A stretch of 63,993 nt of DNA, filler included, from Aduncisulcus paluster (lineage: Eukaryota), in the NCBI GenBank assembly GCA_024181965.1. It is 11 parts of 11 records of this genome, joined end to end, with 100 filler letters (N's around TTAATTAATTAA, not from the genome) between each part and the next. Parts side by side here need not be neighbours in the genome. Positions count along the whole stretch, not along the records: positions 6,093 to 18,467 come from BQXS01000154.1; positions 18,568 to 20,723 come from BQXS01000155.1; positions 20,824 to 22,488 come from BQXS01000156.1; 8 more parts are not named here. The stretch is one strand, 5' to 3'. The notes under the pieces were generated by a model. It saw nothing but the letters and a program-made list of their open reading frames with translations. It was not told the origin of the DNA and did no database searches. The translations under genes were made by a program, and so were the position numbers. Below, piece after piece: positions 10,747-22,588 of the stretch; position 1 is the stretch's first letter; each line of letters begins with the position of its first letter.

Positions 10747-11692
10747 TTAACAACTGTTAAAGTTGTGTATATGCTTGGTTATTTTCTTCTTTGATACAAC
10801 ATTGTTAAACACCGCATGGTAATGAACATTTATTGTTATGAAGGGGCCGATGGCTCGGCTAGAACCGGCAATGCTACAACACATAACTTTCTCTAGGAGC
10901 TGAATCATATCATTGCATACTCCAATATACAATATATGTAAGACATCCCCTGCGTGAAGACGAAACGGATTAGAGAGGATGAGTTTATCTGAATAGTAAA
11001 ATAGAGGGAGGGCGGGTGATTTAGGAGATAATAAGAACCCATTTGATTCTGTGGTTACAATATCTTCTGGTTGTTTCATTGGGGAACCATGGGATAAATG
11101 AGGCAGTAGAAGAGGTATCCCGGTTTCAGAGCACCATGGACACGGAAAATATGCACTATGGCAACATAGGTTCATCTTAACCTGTTTAGAATCGGCTATT
11201 ATTCTGAAGAGAAAGCCTTTAAGCAATATCACACTGCCACATGGGAATCGAACATGGACACCCTTTTGCAAAGTCAATACGTCCCGNNNNNNNNNNNNNN
11301 NNNNNNTAAAATAGAGGGAGGGCGGGTGATTTAGGAGATAATAAGAACCCATTTGATTCTGTGGTTACAATATCTTCTGGTTGTTTCATTGGGGAACCAT
11401 GGGATAAATGAGGCAGTAGAAGAGGTATCCCGGTTTCAGAGCACCATGGACACGGAAAATATGCACTATGGCAACATAGGTTCATCTTAACCTGTTTAGA
11501 ATCGGCTATTATTCTGAAGAGAAAGCCTTTAAGCAATATCACACTGCCACATGGGAATCGAACATGGACACCCTTTTGCAAAGTCAATACGTCCCGAATT
11601 AGAGTGGTCAGTACAGATGTTGTTGCATGTAAAGCCCTCTTTTCTGATAAAATACAGACGTGTATCCAAGCAATTGAATCAGGGCTGTGCAC
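10747..11692 (-). mobile_element. CACTA/Plavaka/Mirage-type (CMC) DDE transposase fragment
   Basis: IIADSKQVKMNLCCHSAYFPCPWC and GDVLHILYIG motifs. 10997-11286 is falsely duplicated as 11307-11596 across a 20-N gap. Confidence 0.7.
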
Positions 11693-12340
11693 AATTTCCC
11701 AATAGAAGAGGTGAATGTTATATCAATTTCTCCTGCTTTCTTGACTTGTTCAACTGAATCTTTACCATGATGAACAGAGTGGTCACACTTGTGAAGAGTG
11801 ATTTCTAAGTTGTCATTCTCAAGGAGGTTTGGATGAATTATGTTACAGTCACTTCCAGTGTCTATCAGAGCAGTTGTTTCTATCCCTCCTTGCAATGTCA
11901 CTGGGACTCTAAATGAATCAGAACCTCTGGTCGATGATAACTTCTTAGTTCTGAGTTCAGGATGTAGGATGAAACAGTGGTCAATATCGTGATAGAGTTT
12001 CCCACAATGACTGCACTTCAAAGGCTTCTTGTCATCCGATGTGCTCCTTTTGGTCTTTTGAGAACGCACATCCTTCTTGTGACGATAATGTGTGTTGCCT
12101 TTTTGACTGGAAGAAGAATGAAAGTGCCAACCATCATTTAAAAGACGAGTAGTAGAGTCCACCAGGGATCTTGGGCAGCAATATCACTCACTCCATCATC
12201 AATAAGCTGAAAAAATGGACTCCTCAATTTGTGGATAGTAATTGCCTTTGCATAGATCTTCGCAACTGTAGTGGCACGTAGTTGGGCTAACTCTGGGGCT
12301 GAGTCGTAGACAGATAAGAATCTGGCATTAAACATAGACA
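11690..12340 (-). mobile_element. Ty3/gypsy gag-protease relic (frameshifted)
   Basis: CCHC knuckle CSHCGKLYHDIDHC and aspartic protease ALIDTGSDCNII. Upstream VAKIYAKAITIHKLR resembles the gag helix of other elements in this window. Confidence 0.8.
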
Positions 12341-12828
12341 GTAAGATATATATAGTTAAGCGAGCTATGTGATCAGATATGATCGTGCGTCCCATCACGG
12401 CTTTTATATGCCTCAAAATTCGACATAAATGTTTTTTCATGAGCTCTTTGAACTGATTGTTTTGAGGATCACTTGATATGTCCCTATCCACGCAAGTTCT
12501 AGTTTCTTGAGGAGGAGAAAAGAAAATGTTCGACTGTATTGTATTATTGGGATGAAAGCAGAAAATAGATTGGAAGATGGAATTCTTGACTCTTTTCGTT
12601 GCTTTGTGCATACATCGTGTGGGTGTGTAAGTGTTAATGACAAAGAGTAAGCCCATTAGAATTATGCTAACAGTTAAATAGTATTGAAAAAGAAGATTGC
12701 AATAGTGTTTCACATTTGATCGTATTACCATCCGTCTCCTGTCTGATTGTTTAGCTCGTTGGTCGTCGATAATCCAACGATTACCTTCATCCCACGATTA
12801 ATTGATCGTTTTCACTAGGGGTGATCAT

Positions 12829-13030
12829 TGTTATCGATAACTCCATGTTTGTTTCAATGCTTCTCTTTCCTCCTCTTTCTTCGACATTTGGAGATTGTAT
12901 ATAGTATATATAGTATATATGTTGTAATTGTTTTCTATCCAATTCTTGTGTACTATTGTATATATCTTCTTACTGCTTACATCATATCTTATGTTATAAC
13001 ATTTATCCTCTGTGGACTCTTCCAATAACA
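12829..13030 (-). mobile_element. Candidate orphan LTR (202 bp)
   Basis: TGTTAT...ATAACA terminal inverted hexamer, internal TATA-rich tract, and a G-rich tract (GGCGTGGGTGTGTGGCG) just before it on the minus strand. No TSD. Confidence 0.35.
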
Positions 13031-13955
13031 CGCCACACACCCACGCCTACGATTGCATGCACTAGGGTTTTAACTGAGACTTTGTGTGTATCATTCTATT
13101 ATTCCATAACTTCTACTTCTTATCTCGTGGTCATATGATGATGATGTTTCGATATCTTATTCCTCTCGTTGTTCTCCATCCTCATATTCATCCATCATAT
13201 CTTTCATTGCCCCTCTGCTTTTCTTGTATCCTTTGGATCAGAATCTCATTAGTGACACAGATACCCTTGCTTTCCAAGCTTTGAACGTACGCGCTCCAAG
13301 GATTGTGGACAGGTGCTTTACGGTATCTCGAGAGATCCTCCCGCTTGTTTCAATCGCGGATGATGACTACCGTTGGCCCATTTGTACTCTCATAATTCCT
13401 TATCTTTCCGTTCTCGGCTTTCCTCAGGGCAGCTCCTGGGTTTTCTCGTCTCTTCCATCCCTCTCCATACGTCTGATACCACAACGTCAGCGATGTATGT
13501 ATGTCTCAGACAGTCCTTTACAAAAGAGATGTCGGTTCTTCGAGTGCTGGTGGACTTGTTTAACTGTTCAATGAATGGTCGTGTCCTCGTCCTCGAATTC
13601 AACCTCCCATCCTTCTGATCTTAATGACTCTGCAGTCACCCCCATTACCATCCTGTGTCTCCCCATTTGACTACATCTTTGTCCACGTTTACACCCTCGA
13701 TCCACACACTTCCGAACCCTTTCCTGCAGTGTTGGCGTGATGCCCATTCGGGGGATTTTTTTCTTTTGCACCCGGTTCTTGGGCTACATACTACACCATT
13801 CTTCAATATACTCGGTTCTTGGAGCAGTCCGTATCTCATTTGGAGTGTGTATATCCATTGTGGGTTGTCTACTGCATTGTTCCTTCATGAAGAAGAGCGG
13901 GATGAAGACAATTCATCTCATTCTGAAGAAGAAGGTGAATAACTCCCAATGTTTA

Positions 13956-14620
13956 TTAATGAATTTTATTCAATTTCAGCCAGGTAAACATAAACTTTGA
14001 ACTGAATGGGTAAAGCAAATAATGGTCCCTCATGTATTTGGGTTTTACCATGGAACCAAAGAGCTTCATATCAATAGCTGGTATATTTTTACCAATAGGT
14101 CTGAGTTGTTGCGTTGTTTGTTGCGTTGTTCCCGTTATAAGAGTTGCTGCCTTCTCTGTAGTTTTTGTCAAGATGACAGACGCGAACAGTGGATGTTTCA
14201 TTGCTTGTTTTAATCGAAATTCTGTGACTCTCATTAAATCTCCAATGTTCATTCCCTTCATAATCCAGATAAAAGAACAAATCCACGTAAATTACAAAAG
14301 CTGCTTTACCTTTTGCTCTCCATTCATAATGGTCACTACTATCGTGCACCTGGGCCTTACGGCTCTTCAAAAAGATGATATTCGCTGCATCCATAGCAAC
14401 TTTCTGGACCCATCCCTTTGTAATTCGTTGAGTTTTGGATTAATTGCTTGGAAATGGTATGTAAAAACTCGCTTCTCCCTGTATCAACTATTTTTGGACT
14501 TCCCCAGAGATCAAACTGATCCAAAATGTGAGCCTCAGCATGCATTAGCACCATGGGCTTCTTTTTTTGAGTCTTCACATAATGTGCATTTCTCTTTTTC
14601 CCCCATGCAACAGCTACCAT
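13956..14620 (-). mobile_element. CACTA/Plavaka-type transposase pseudogene, C-terminal part (downstream of the gypsy insertion)
   Basis: MVAVAW...HAEAHILDQFDLWGSPKIVDTGRSEFLHTISK matches the H-x3-H...(F/W)G...T...E..H...K motif and joins in frame with 16979-17420 through the CCAT TSD. Confidence 0.75.
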
Positions 14621-14637
14621 TGTCATGCAGGCAGCAG

Positions 14638-16852
14638 GGGGTACGAAAAATAGAATACTTAGGGATGGAACTCAATGAAAAAGGCCAAACAGTAGCCAAA
14701 TCAAGGCTCCAAGGTATCAAGGACATCGTAGACCCTAGAAACAAGAAGGAACTTAGAACATTACTAGGATTCCTGGGATATTTCAGAAAATTCATCAGGA
14801 ATTATGCAACAACCATAAATCCACTCATGATGCTAATGGCAAAAAAGCAAAGGTTTTGTTGGGAGGCACCTCAAAAGGAAGCACTGGCTAAGATCAGACA
14901 AGCCCTATTACAACGACCAATGTTGAGCCAAATTGATTATAAAAAGAGGATAATTTTGCGTACAGACGCATCAGACATTGGAGCTGGTGGCGTTCTGCTT
15001 CAAAAAGATGATTCTGGTGAAGAAGAACATATCCTCTATGTTAGCAAAGCTTTTAGGGGGGCTCAACTTAATTGGCCTACTATTGAGAAAGAATGCTTTG
15101 CGATATTTTATTGCTTGGACAAAGTTTCCAAATATATTAGAGGGATGCCGTTCACGATCGAAACGGACCATCGGAACCTGATCTATATGAGAACATCGAA
15201 AAATTCGAAGGTTCGCAGGTGGGCGATGGCCATCCAGGAGTTTCAATTCGACTTAGTCCACGTCGCTGGCGAAAAGAACGTCATTGCGGATACCCTTAGC
15301 CGTCTAGTGCATGTTAGACGCACCGTTGTAGACAGACCAAACCTTTTAGAGATCTGTAAGGAGGCTCAGAAAAGTATTACCGACCAAGAACGGGAATTAC
15401 TGTACGAGGAAGATGGTTTCTTCTACACAAAGAAGGGCGACAATATCTTCATTCCAGCTTTGGAATTTGAAGCCAAGGAGGGAATAATTCGCCTCCACCA
15501 CAACGCAACGGTAGGACATGGTGGCATAACCCAAACAAGTACGAAGATCTTAGACTCAGGCATTAGCTGGGCAAGATTGTTTACAGATGTAAAAGAATTC
15601 GTCAAAAAGTTGAAGGTTTCTCAGTGTTCTATTTATAGACCTGATGTCCTTCCGTTTACTTTCTAATAAATTGCTACCGTTTCTATCTCAGAGATAACGA
15701 CAAAAGTGCCCCGTGTGCCAGAAGATTAAAGCTGTAAAACCGGAAAAGGCCACGCCTCTGTCGATCCATCGCGGAACACCTTTCCACACATTCAGTGTGG
15801 ACACGATAGGCCCCCTGGACGAGGACAAAGATGGTTATAAATGTATAATCGTCGCTGTGGACAATTTCACGCGATTTGTGGAATTGGCACCTCTCAAAAC
15901 GGCAACTTCAAACGAAGCAGCCGATGCGATCATAAGAATGATCATAGCCAGGTACGGCGTTCCGAAATGCATCACGACAGACGGAGGTCCACAATATTCT
16001 AATTATTTGTCGGACCACTTGTATGACACTCTGACAGTGAAACATCACATCACAACTAAACACCATCACCAAAGCAATGGAATGGTTGAACGTGTCAATA
16101 AGGAAGTAGAGAAACATCTACAGGCACTTCTCATTGAAATCGGTACATTGGACAGATGGAATATCTACATTCCACTGGTTCAATCTATCATCAATAATAC
16201 ACCTCATAGCAGTACAGGAGCAACTCCAAACGAACTGTTATACGGTAAAACACTTCCCAAATCAGTGATCAAAGACTGGACCAAAGAACTCGAGAAGTCT
16301 GAGCGCGAGCTTCCGGAAAGGAAGGAAGAGGAGCTGGAATACGTAAGCTCTCTCACAGACAACATCCGTAAGTTACAGCGAAGGTCTAGACAATATCAGA
16401 GAAGGAAGATGGAAAAAGACTCCGAAGGAAAACAGAGATCTTTCAACACTGGAGATTACGTGTTGCTGAAAAGGGACATCGGAGTTACAAAGCTGATTCC
16501 AGCGTTTACCGGTCCTTATAAAGTCATATTACAGATAGCTGATAAACTGTATAAGCTCCAAAGCATGACATGTGATTCCCTCACAGTAGAAGCGGAGATC
16601 GATAAAATGATAGAATTTATTCGCGATCCTAAGCTCTCGGAAAAGGATATCAGAGCCCTAGCCTTGAGGGACTATGGAAGCCGTCTCATCGAGCGAATCG
16701 AGAAACATCGCGGCAAGAAAGGAAACAGAGAATTCCTCGTCAAGTGGTATGGACTGAAGGAATCTCGAAACAATTGGATATCGTATAAGGAGATAAAGTC
16801 TCTAGCGATCCTGAAGGAATACTTGAAGGTTCACCGCATAAGAAACCCTTAG
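14638..16852 (+). pseudogene. Gypsy pol: RT C-terminus, RNase H, integrase, GPY/F and chromodomain (interrupted at 15611-15702)
   Basis: KIEYLG, LRTLLGFLGYFRKFI, RTDASDIGAGGVLLQ, ETDHRNL, HHNATVGHGG..CPVCQ, SVDTIGP, TTDGGPQY, SNGMVERVN, TGPYKV, EFLVKWYGLKESRNNW. Confidence 0.95.
15611..15702 (+). mobile_element. 92-bp solo LTR inserted in the integrase zinc finger, 5-bp TSD AAAGT
   Basis: TG...CA ends, AAAGT at 15606-15610 and 15703-15707, internal TATTTATA and AATAAA. Removal restores gtc aaa aag tgc ccc gtg tgc (VKKCPVC). Confidence 0.88.
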
Positions 16853-16864
16853 CATGGGAGGCAG

Positions 16865-16978
16865 TGTCATGCAGGCAGCAGGCTGCAGGGATTATATGCA
16901 GGGTAATACATCTGAACCGTTTAGAAATAATAAATTTTGCTCACCCACAACCGTGAAGTTAGCCCAGGCCGAACTACA
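16865..16978 (+). repeat. 3' LTR (114 bp)
   Basis: TGTCATG...ACTACA with an internal AATAAA, followed directly by the TSD CCAT. Confidence 0.85.
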
Positions 16979-17600
16979 CCATGATTTCATCACGAGTAGT
17001 ATCTTGAGTTCCAATGTAGCACATTGTGCAAGCAGCAATTGCCACATCACGTATCATCTTAGATTCTTCCTTCTCTCCATGTTTTTCCACAAACATCATC
17101 ACCATCAGGGGAAGATTGAACAGGACCCGATCGTAATCAAATCCCCGGAACGATTTGAATTGTGATATTGGAGGCATATGTAGCAGAATGGGCTTGACCA
17201 TCTTCTGTAGGAATTCGAGGTCAGTTCCTTTGTGCAGCTGAGCGAACAGTGTGTTTATGGTCAAGATGGTCTTCTCTCCCTGTCTCTTTAAGATGGTGTG
17301 CAATGTGTCATAGGGTTGATGAGCAAAGATATCGAACGATGATGGGAATGGTATCTTTGGCATAGCAGGTGGCAGTTTGGCCCCAAATGACATGGCCTCG
17401 ACTCCTTCTAATCTGGCCATATGACTCTCGTAAGTCCTTTTAGTTCCATTATTTCCCTCCTGAACACGTGCAGCGTACAGCAGTAACAGGGATAGTGGGA
17501 AGATGCTGACTTCAATCCACAGTTCAGAAGTTTCTGTTTACAATCGGTCAGAAAGGCGGAGATGTCTGCCTTGACAAGGAGGGAATGTCAGTGAGTTCTT
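16979..17600 (-). mobile_element. CACTA/Plavaka-type transposase pseudogene, N-terminal part
   Basis: AFLTDCKQKLLNCGL..(frameshift)YPCYCC parallels the motif at about 11440-11510; HQPYDTLHTILKRQG gives the D-x-LH motif. Confidence 0.72.
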
Positions 17601-18060
17601 CAACTCGGTGTCTAAGAGATTTCTGCTGACCATCCTGGTGCATAGAGGCAAAATTCATGTACAAATCGAATATTCAACTGACGATGATCCTCTAGAAATG
17701 ATATTTAATGATATTCATATCCATTGGCTTCATGAAGGAATGTTTCAAGCCCCCGATTCCCGACCTTTGTTCGATTATGAGTTTTTGAAGCCTAATTTTG
17801 CTCGCTATTTTATATTAATACGCGACGATCAGTAACATGGGATCTCTCTCCAACTGCTGAAAATGAGAATGAAACTTCCTTCTTTTCCAGGACGAACGAT
17901 CCGTCTTGATGTTTGCAAGAATGGTCTCGATGGGACGTATTCATCGTCAACTCACGTCGTATCAGAGCTCTCAGTGCCAATAGTTCCCAAAATAACGGTG
18001 GAGGGATATCATTAGCAAAATCCCACACAGATGGTCCGAAATACACTCGACTTCTCTCTC

Positions 18061-18106
18061 TTCTCTCCTTATCTTCTTCTCTCCTTATCTTCTTCTCTCC
18101 TTATCT
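18061..18106. repeat. 16-bp tandem repeat (TTCTCTCCTTATCTTC) x~3 in an E/K/R-rich low-complexity degenerate region
   Basis: Directly visible within a pyrimidine-rich tract at 18050-18467. Confidence 0.7.
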
Positions 18107-18839
18107 CTTCTTCTACCTTCGATACGGACCTGTCTTCTTTCCGATTCCCTCTCTTCTCTCCTCCGTCTTGCTTCCTGCTGTCTAAATTGCCTCAATGTAC
18201 AGCCTGCTTCGCATGCTCTCTTCCTCTCTTCGGCTTCCCTCTCTTCTCTCTCTCTTTGTTTCCTGGCTCTTTCTTCAAGTCTTTCCTCCCTTGTCATCGT
18301 TCTCTCCTCAACCACTTGTTCCTCCTCTCTTAATTGCTCTCTCTCTCTACGAGCTCGATCTGTCTTGTAAGCCGTTCTTCCTCATCTTCAGCAACTTCGA
18401 TCTTTTCGCTTTCTTTTCTCCTCATTCTCTTCTTCCCAAATACATGCATCACTCTCTCCATTTCGTTNNNNNNNNNNNNNNNNNNNNNNNNNNNNNNNNN
18501 NNNNNNNNNNNTTAATTAATTAANNNNNNNNNNNNNNNNNNNNNNNNNNNNNNNNNNNNNNNNNNNNGGAATAATAAATTTATTCCATCCTCTTCCTATA
18601 AAACCCCGAAATATTCAAGATCGAAATATATCGAAATAGAGAAAAATTAATCAAGTAATGAATCTCTTGCATGGTATAGATTTATTTTCTATCAGTTTTT
18701 GATTTTATTTTCCCCAGGTTCCTTGATTTTCGGCCCTTCCAAATTTAGACTCCTTTTGTTTGCAGCTTACATCAAACCCATCAAACCTTTGGCTCAAACA
18801 TATTTTTATATCTGAGTTCATTAAATATTATACCTTTAT

Positions 18840-20723
18840 ATGTCTATGCCCGTTGTTACTAGTGGTTTAACATTCCAGCTACAACATTCCAATCTCTCCA
18901 CTCATATGATCGATGAGAGTCAGATTTCTTTTGAAGGATCTGAAGAAATTGGTCGTGGAGCTTTTGGTCCAGTAAGATCAGCTGTATTTACTTCTTCTTC
19001 CAAACCCGAAAAAACTATTGATGTCGCCATTAAATTATTCGAAGAATCGGCAATTTCTCCTGCTGTAATGAAAGAAATTAATTCCTGTATCAAACTTAAT
19101 CTTTCCGAACAGACCAAATCATTTGTCGTTCCCTTTTTTGGTGTTGTTGTCGTTTCTGAGATGAATTGCCTTGGATTAGTCTACTCCAGAGCAAAAGAAA
19201 CATTAGAATCAGCTTGCGCGAGATTAAGAAAGGAAGAAAAATATCAAGAAATGTTTGTTTTACTTACTCGGGCCGCCACTTCAATTTGTGGCCTCCATAG
19301 AGCTGGAGTCGTCCACGGTGATGTGAAACCCGAAAATATTCTTATCATAGACGATGAAACTGTTGTTCTTGGAGATCTAGACTTTGCTTCTCTTGGTGCC
19401 ATCTCTCTCACTCGTTCGAGACGTCAAGGTGAAGAAATGTCCATGTCCCCATCACAAAAAACTCAATCATTTACTTCTCCTTCCCATTCTAGAGGTTTAG
19501 GAGGTGCTCAAAGTTCTTCTGGAATGGGTACCCCTTCTTTCATGGCCCCAGAGCTTATTACAAGGCCCCCCACCAAATCTGGAGATGTCTATGCCTTCGG
19601 AATGAGTATATATTCGTGCATTACTGGAGATATTCCCTTCGCTCGACTTGTCCGCTACGTCCAATCTACCTATGAAGCTCTTCGCACCATTTCGCAGGTT
19701 GTCCATGATGGAGTTATTCCTGAGCTTCCAGATCATATCGCATCTCCTATTCTTATCGATTTATACTCACAATCCCTCTCTTACAAACCCACAAAGAGGT
19801 GTTCCACCGAAGAATTATGGTGCGCTCTTGTAAGCTGTATCGAAGATCGTGAACGTCGTGAAACCGAGCAGAAATACTTCCAAGATACCGTCGGAGAGAT
19901 CAAAGAGAAAGAAATGTGTGAAATATGCGTCACTCGTGTCATTGCTGGCTCTGAGGCCATCAAAGCCATTGACAGTACCTTTGAGAAGGAATCCCGTGGT
20001 GAGGATACCGATGATGTGATGACAGCTTCCACTGATGGTAGTCAAAACCCCCCACAAGGTGTCTCTGAATCTTTAGATGCCTCTCACCCCCAACAACAGC
20101 CCTCATCGCCCCTTGTGTCCAGTAGTCTTGGACAGACTGTTGAAGGCAGTCCCTTGTCACGTTCTTTCTCACAACCCCATGGATCTTCCTCTAGTCAGCT
20201 TCTTCTCCACTCTCACGTTCACACATCATCCACTCCTTCTCTTCAGAAGTCCTCATTACTCTCGACTCCTCATATAACCCCTACTATGGTCATCCCCCCT
20301 GACAGCTGTGAGAGGCACATCCAAGCTGGTGTAGCTAACTGTAAATTTATGTTCTGGTGTGATGTCTGCCAACGTCCTATCTGTGTATGGTGTATCAGTG
20401 ATAAGACTTGTTGCCACAATCATCGTAAACGTGGATTCACTCCCCTTGAAACCATCTCTGAAGAACGTTTTGTCCCAAGGATTACTCTGAGTCATCAAAG
20501 GTATTCAAACACACTTGAAGAAGAGACTCAGTTGCTCCACGAGAGGGAACAGGCTCTTGCTGACCGTATCTCCGAGAGAGACGCTGCTGAGGAACATAAG
20601 AATAACTGTGAACAAGAATTGAAAGAGAAATCCGATAATTTGGAGTCAGACTGTCTTGAACTTACCAAGCTTATCTCCACGATGGCTGAATTTCGTGAGG
20701 ATGTATTTATCCACGATGAAATC
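18840..20723 (+). CDS. TKL-like protein kinase with B-box zinc finger and coiled coil, 3'-partial
   Basis: IGRGAFGPV, VAIK, VHGDVKPEN, GDLDFA (DFG position), GTPSFMAPE, GDVYAFG. B-box CERH..FWCDVCQRPICVWC..CHNH, then heptads. Confidence 0.88.
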
Positions 20724-20823
20724 NNNNNNNNNNNNNNNNNNNNNNNNNNNNNNNNNNNNNNNNNNNNTTAATTAATTAANNNNNNNNNNNNNNNNNNNNN
20801 NNNNNNNNNNNNNNNNNNNNNNN

Positions 20824-22488
20824 GATAGAATTGTGATCAGCAACAAGCTGGATAAGGTTAGAGACGGAGGAATCAAACAGTGGCAGGAGTGAGGAGATGG
20901 AACTGTTTCCACCAATATCAAGATATAGAAGACTGGAGCCACACGCTAAGTCTGGAATCTCGCTCAAACCACATGAATGCAAGGAGAGTTTGGTGAGTGA
21001 TGAGAAAAGAGAAATTGCGGAGACTGAAGAGTCAGAGAGAGTGACGTTGTCTATGACCAATTCTGAAAGAGATGACGAGATTCCATCGAGATCAGAAATG
21101 GAGTCAGCGAAATGAGGACAATTACTCAATGCCAATGAGTCAAGGGATAAGAGTGTTGATAATGGAGAGAGAGAAAGAGATGTAGATACTGAAGTGGATT
21201 CTGAACATGTAAAATCCATTGAACTCAGAGTAATCAAATGCTCAATCCCATTGAAGGTGGAGATATCATCACCAGGACAGGACAGAATCGAAGAAGTTGA
21301 AAGATTCCGCAACGAAGCAACGCTGAAAAGGGAAGGAACATCTTCTGTTCGATGTAAGTAATCAGGATCTCCAACAGAATCCACAAACATGTCAGCGACA
21401 CAGGCATGCAAGTTCTCATCGACGATCACTTGCTGACACAATGTTGAAGTTGAGGTTGAGTCATATCTGCACTCTTGCCCATACTCACACCCGCCAGAAC
21501 ATCCAAATGTACCATCGTTATTATCTAGAGAAATGCATGCAAATGTTGATGTATTGGTGTATGATGTGTATGAATCACTAGCACACACAACATACCATAG
21601 GTTAGATACACCAGGCAGAGTCTCAGCACAGACCTTGTTGACATCAAGTGGAGTCGATCCAAGGTCATCAGAGGAACATTCACAGGCTTGACCACTAGCA
21701 TTCACATCTGCAGCAGAAAGAGAAAACATAGATGCAAGGAAAGTCTGAACCTCAGAATCACCATTATCACCACCACAGATATGATTATATGACAAGTCAA
21801 TGCTACTCCAAGAAGTATTGCTGGACAAAGCATACAATGGGGAAGGATCAGAGATGTTATTGTTGCTCAGAGAGAGATCTGTTAGATTGGGCATACTAGC
21901 AACAAGATGGAACAACAGAGAGATTATAGTATTATTGGCACTGAAAGAAGTGAGAGATGATGGCGATGGGAAAAGACCAGACTCAGTGATATCATATTCT
22001 GTATTGTCATTCAAAGAGAGTGTCGTGAGCGCTGTAAATGATGTGAAATCGGCATTGGCAGCAATATCACATCCATCGGCATAGATTTCAACTATAGTCT
22101 CTGGAATAGAAGAAAGATCAAAGCTAGTGCACCCACTGATATCAACATTCTTCAAGGAGGCAGGGAATGAACTTGAATCGGGACTAGATGCTGTATTTTC
22201 CCTCATAGACAGAGAAACTAGATCCTCAAGCGCAGAGAAATCAGGGGATTCAATCAAGTCAACATTAGCAAGTGTGAGGAATGTAATCGAGGATGGAAGG
22301 TAATCCAATCCGTGGGAATTATCCACAGACATATTGGATCCACTGATATCAAGCGATGACAATGATGTCAAATCACTGAGTTCGGATAAATCCCAGATAA
22401 GATTGTCAGTATAGTCAGAACGTGAGAGATCCAGTTCAGTCAATCCAGTTGCGTAGGCCAAGCCTCTAATGTCAGTGATATCGGTTTC
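20824..22488 (-). CDS. Leucine-rich-repeat, Cys-rich putative surface protein, partial at both ends
   Basis: Many LxxLxLxxN/S repeats, Cys-rich insert (GCSGGCEYGQECRY), Ser-rich; frame open across the whole contig. Confidence 0.85.
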
Positions 22489-22588
22489 NNNNNNNNNNNN
22501 NNNNNNNNNNNNNNNNNNNNNNNNNNNNNNNNTTAATTAATTAANNNNNNNNNNNNNNNNNNNNNNNNNNNNNNNNNNNNNNNNNNNN

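Larger units (their letters stand above)
14621..16978 (+). mobile_element. Internally deleted Ty3/gypsy chromovirus LTR retrotransposon with 4-bp TSD CCAT
   Basis: 5' LTR stub TGTCATGCAGGCAGCAGG (14621-14638) equals the start of the 3' LTR (16865-16978, TGT..ACA). CCAT at 14617-14620 and 16979-16982; PPT-like GGGAGGCAG before the 3' LTR. Confidence 0.9.

Noticed and set aside
13137..13950. Degenerate coding-like stretch inside the TE cluster
   Set aside because: Multiple stops and frameshifts, and no motif I can assign with confidence.
14032..15666. 544-aa ORF as a membrane-protein/RT fusion
   Set aside because: The N-terminal ~200 aa are the antisense of the host transposase running by chance through the LTR stub into pol.
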